The translations under genes and the position numbers were made by a program. A stretch of 64,000 nt of DNA. Source: Tubulanus polymorphus. Its lineage: Eukaryota > Animalia > Nemertea. The stretch is taken from the NCBI RefSeq assembly GCF_964204645.1, contig NC_134028.1, positions 19,351,653 to 19,415,652 on the forward strand, read 5' to 3'. This document shows, in pieces, positions 61,401-64,000 of this stretch. Position 1 is the first letter of the stretch. Every line of letters starts with the position of its first letter. Under the pieces are notes generated by a model that worked only from the letters and a program-made list of their open reading frames with translations, was not told the origin of the DNA and made no database searches.

Positions 61401-64000
61401 TCTTTGTTACTAAAGGCCAAAGCAGATTCCGATGATTTATCGGACGAGAAAACTATTGTTTCTACGCTCGGACTCCAATGGGATACGGTGAATGATACGC
61501 TGTCATTCAAAAACAAACAAGCGTTCGCCAATCCTGACTTGATTACCAAACGCGAAATCGTTAAGGCTGTCTCGAGCCTTTATGACCCGTTAGGATACGT
61601 CTCGCCTGTCCATATTAAGTCGAAGATGTTCGTACAGCAGTTGTGGACGGAAGGTTATGAGTGGGACGAAACCCTACCCGAGCGCGTAGTCGAATCGTGG
61701 ATCTCGTTGATAACGGAATTGCGTGAAATTAGCGAAATACGCGTTGATCGACGCTACTCGAAATCGGAAGCGAAATCGGAAGCTAAGTACGAATTGCACA
61801 CTTTCTGCAATGCGAGCCAATTTGCATACGGCGCTTGCGTCTATCTAAAACGTGGAGATCAGACGGTACTCGTCATGTCTAAATCGCGTGTGGCACCTGT
61901 TAAAAAACATACGATACCGCAGTTAGAATTAATGGCCGCGTTAGTCGGAATATGTAACGTAATAGATCAGAACGATTTCACTTCGTTAACAAGGCTATTA
62001 CGCGTAACCGCGCTAGTTCGACGATTTATTAAAAAGTTAAGACGCGAAAACCATGAATCGGATGAAATAACTGCTAACGAAATAGCAAAATGCGAAGATC
62101 TATGGAACAAAGGTGTTCAATCGAGTTACTTCAATGACGTGAAAGTTAGTTTAGAACATAAATCTAAGAAAAGGCCATCACCCGTAACGAAACTTCGTTT
62201 GTTTTTAGAAGATGATATCATTCGTGTTGGAGGCCGTCTCCATAACGCGCCCATCGGATACGATGCAAAGTTTCCGATATTGTTACCTCATTGTAGATAT
62301 AGTGAATTAATCGTACTGGATTCCCATAATAAGGTCAAACACCTCGGTACAGAATCTACTATAACCGTAGTCCGACAAAAGTATTGGATTACTCGTGTTC
62401 GTCAAGTGGCTCGGAAGTTGTTGAGAAAATGCGTCATATGCAAATATATCACCGGTAAACCGTACTCGTTACCAAACTGTGCTCCGTTACAATCTTCGCG
62501 TTTGAAAGAGGCTCCACCCTTCACCGTCTGTGGTTTAGATTTCACCGGTGCACTACATCTTCGGTCGAAATCCGGGGAGGAGTCACTCGCGTATATATGC
62601 TTGTTTACTTGCGCGAACACGCGTGCCATCCATCTGGAAGTGGTAACGGACATGACTACGTCAACATTCCTACACGCGTTGAGGAGAATGGCTGCCAGAC
62701 GTTCGTTACCACAGAAAATAATATCGGACAACCAATCAACCTTTATTGCGAGTAACAATGCTATCAAAAAGATATACGAATCGATCGAAACCCGAAAGTA
62801 CTTCAGCCTACACCGATCAGAGTGGGTCATGATAACTCGTCGAGCCCCCTGGTTTGGTGGATTTTACGAAAGGCTAGTTGGAATAACAAAAACCGCGATC
62901 AAAAAAGTTCTGGGGCGTGCGCGAATATCCCTGCTGGAATTGATTACGATCGTATCAGAGACTGAACAAGCTGTAAATAATCGCCCGATATCGTACTGTT
63001 CATCGCGAGTTTACCGCATCTGTTCGTAAGTTACGATGAACTGACCGACCCGACGCTTGGAAATGTGCCGTCAGAATTTGAAAAACGTTCGGTGCGAATC
63101 GGTTCATTAAAACAACATCTGTGGAAACGTTGGGCTGAGGAATACGTAACAGCCCTACGCGAAAGACACATCCAATTTAAAAATCGCGGATTAACTGGAA
63201 ATACCATCAGAAAGGGTGATGTCGTGTTAGTACACGACGACAATCATAATTCGCGTCTGAAATGGAAACTAGCACTGGTCGAGGAACTCGTTCCGGGGAA
63301 CGACGGCTTAGTTAGAACCGCTGAGATCAAAATTTCGAATGGCAGGACTAATCGACCAATTAGCAAACTCTACCCTCTTGAAGTGCGCGCCGCAGATCCC
63401 TCGAACACGTGCAAACCGGACTCAAACGTAAATTCTGCACCCGTCACACGTCATTCGACGAGAAAGGCAGCTGCCGAGGCTAGAAATAACATCAGTAGAT
63501 GGGCTAAAACGTGCTGTCTGATACATGTAGTAGTTAATTAATTGATAACCGCTCAGGTCAACGCTAGGTCACTCGGACCTAAACAACAAACACAACGCAA
63601 TGTAATAGACTGTATTATCTTAGTTTTAGAATTAATTTCAATTATACACATCATTTTTAGTTGTCAGTAGTTCCTTATCTGACTATCATAAATTTATAAC
63701 AATATACATGCATCATTTATTCGAATATCGATATTATTTAGTTGTAGTAACATTTTTCTTAATTACATCTATCTAGTAATTTTCTGTCGCCCGGGAGAAT
63801 GTCGGGAATTGTTATATGTCAGTTACCAGTAACGCACTCCCCTCAGTTCATGTAACCCCGCCTATGTAAGCCCCGCATGAAGTTATGCTGTAGCGAGTAG
63901 ATAAATAAATCAGAGTTTACTTAGACACCAAACACATCGGTCGTTGTTCACCTCTCCGGCGGTCTTGCTTATTTTACTCAAACCTGGACCATTTAATGTG
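58439..64000 (+). mobile_element. BEL/Pao LTR retrotransposon, near full length, coding-defective, with identical LTRs
   Basis: 5' LTR 58439-58655 (TGT...ACA, 217 bp); PBS TGGTGCCGTGACCAGGAT 58659-58676 (tRNA-His-like); 3' LTR from 63800 runs off the window. Confidence 0.97.
58709..63541 (+). pseudogene. BEL/Pao gag-pol polyprotein, disrupted
   Basis: Gag DUF1759 region and CCHC knuckles, protease LFDEGAQRSFI, RT YLPH / ADIEKAF / YVDN, RNase H FCNAS, integrase GLDF / SDN / YER, C-terminal DUF5641-like region. Frameshift near 59690; stops at 59958, 61044 and ~61212; internal deletions near 61950 and 63020. Confidence 0.93.

Overview
This is eukaryotic, AT-rich, intron-containing DNA from an invertebrate animal; the repeat content suggests a marine lophotrochozoan (inference). 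Only two intact host genes are supported. One is a 10-exon SLC43A3-like MFS transporter (+, 36181-40921, 537 aa) and the other a 3-coding-exon mitochondrial thioredoxin TXN2 (-, 50412-58108, 148 aa). The rest is a dense stack of mostly broken transposons. These include a spliced Crypton-like tyrosine recombinase pseudogene, several Gypsy and BEL/Pao relics, a decayed RAG1/Transib-like transposase carrying an IQ motif, a MULE-SWIM fragment, a KolX/P2X7-ballast ORF and a Kolobok-like transposase. There is also a full-length Zator (45-bp TIRs, TAA TSD), many Helentron-type non-autonomous repeats, MITEs, and a young BEL/Pao element with identical LTRs. Four observations stand out. (1) A Gypsy lineage places a different accessory ORF (zinc-finger, coiled-coil or SGNH-like) between pol and a conserved hairpin+PPT. 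(2) Helentron-borne ~154-bp arrays carry a near-consensus CTCF motif in every unit. (3) A 242-bp palindrome holds two mirror-image minimal hammerhead ribozymes. (4) The RAG1-like transposase has an IQ motif. All family assignments come from motif recognition by eye; no database searches were run.
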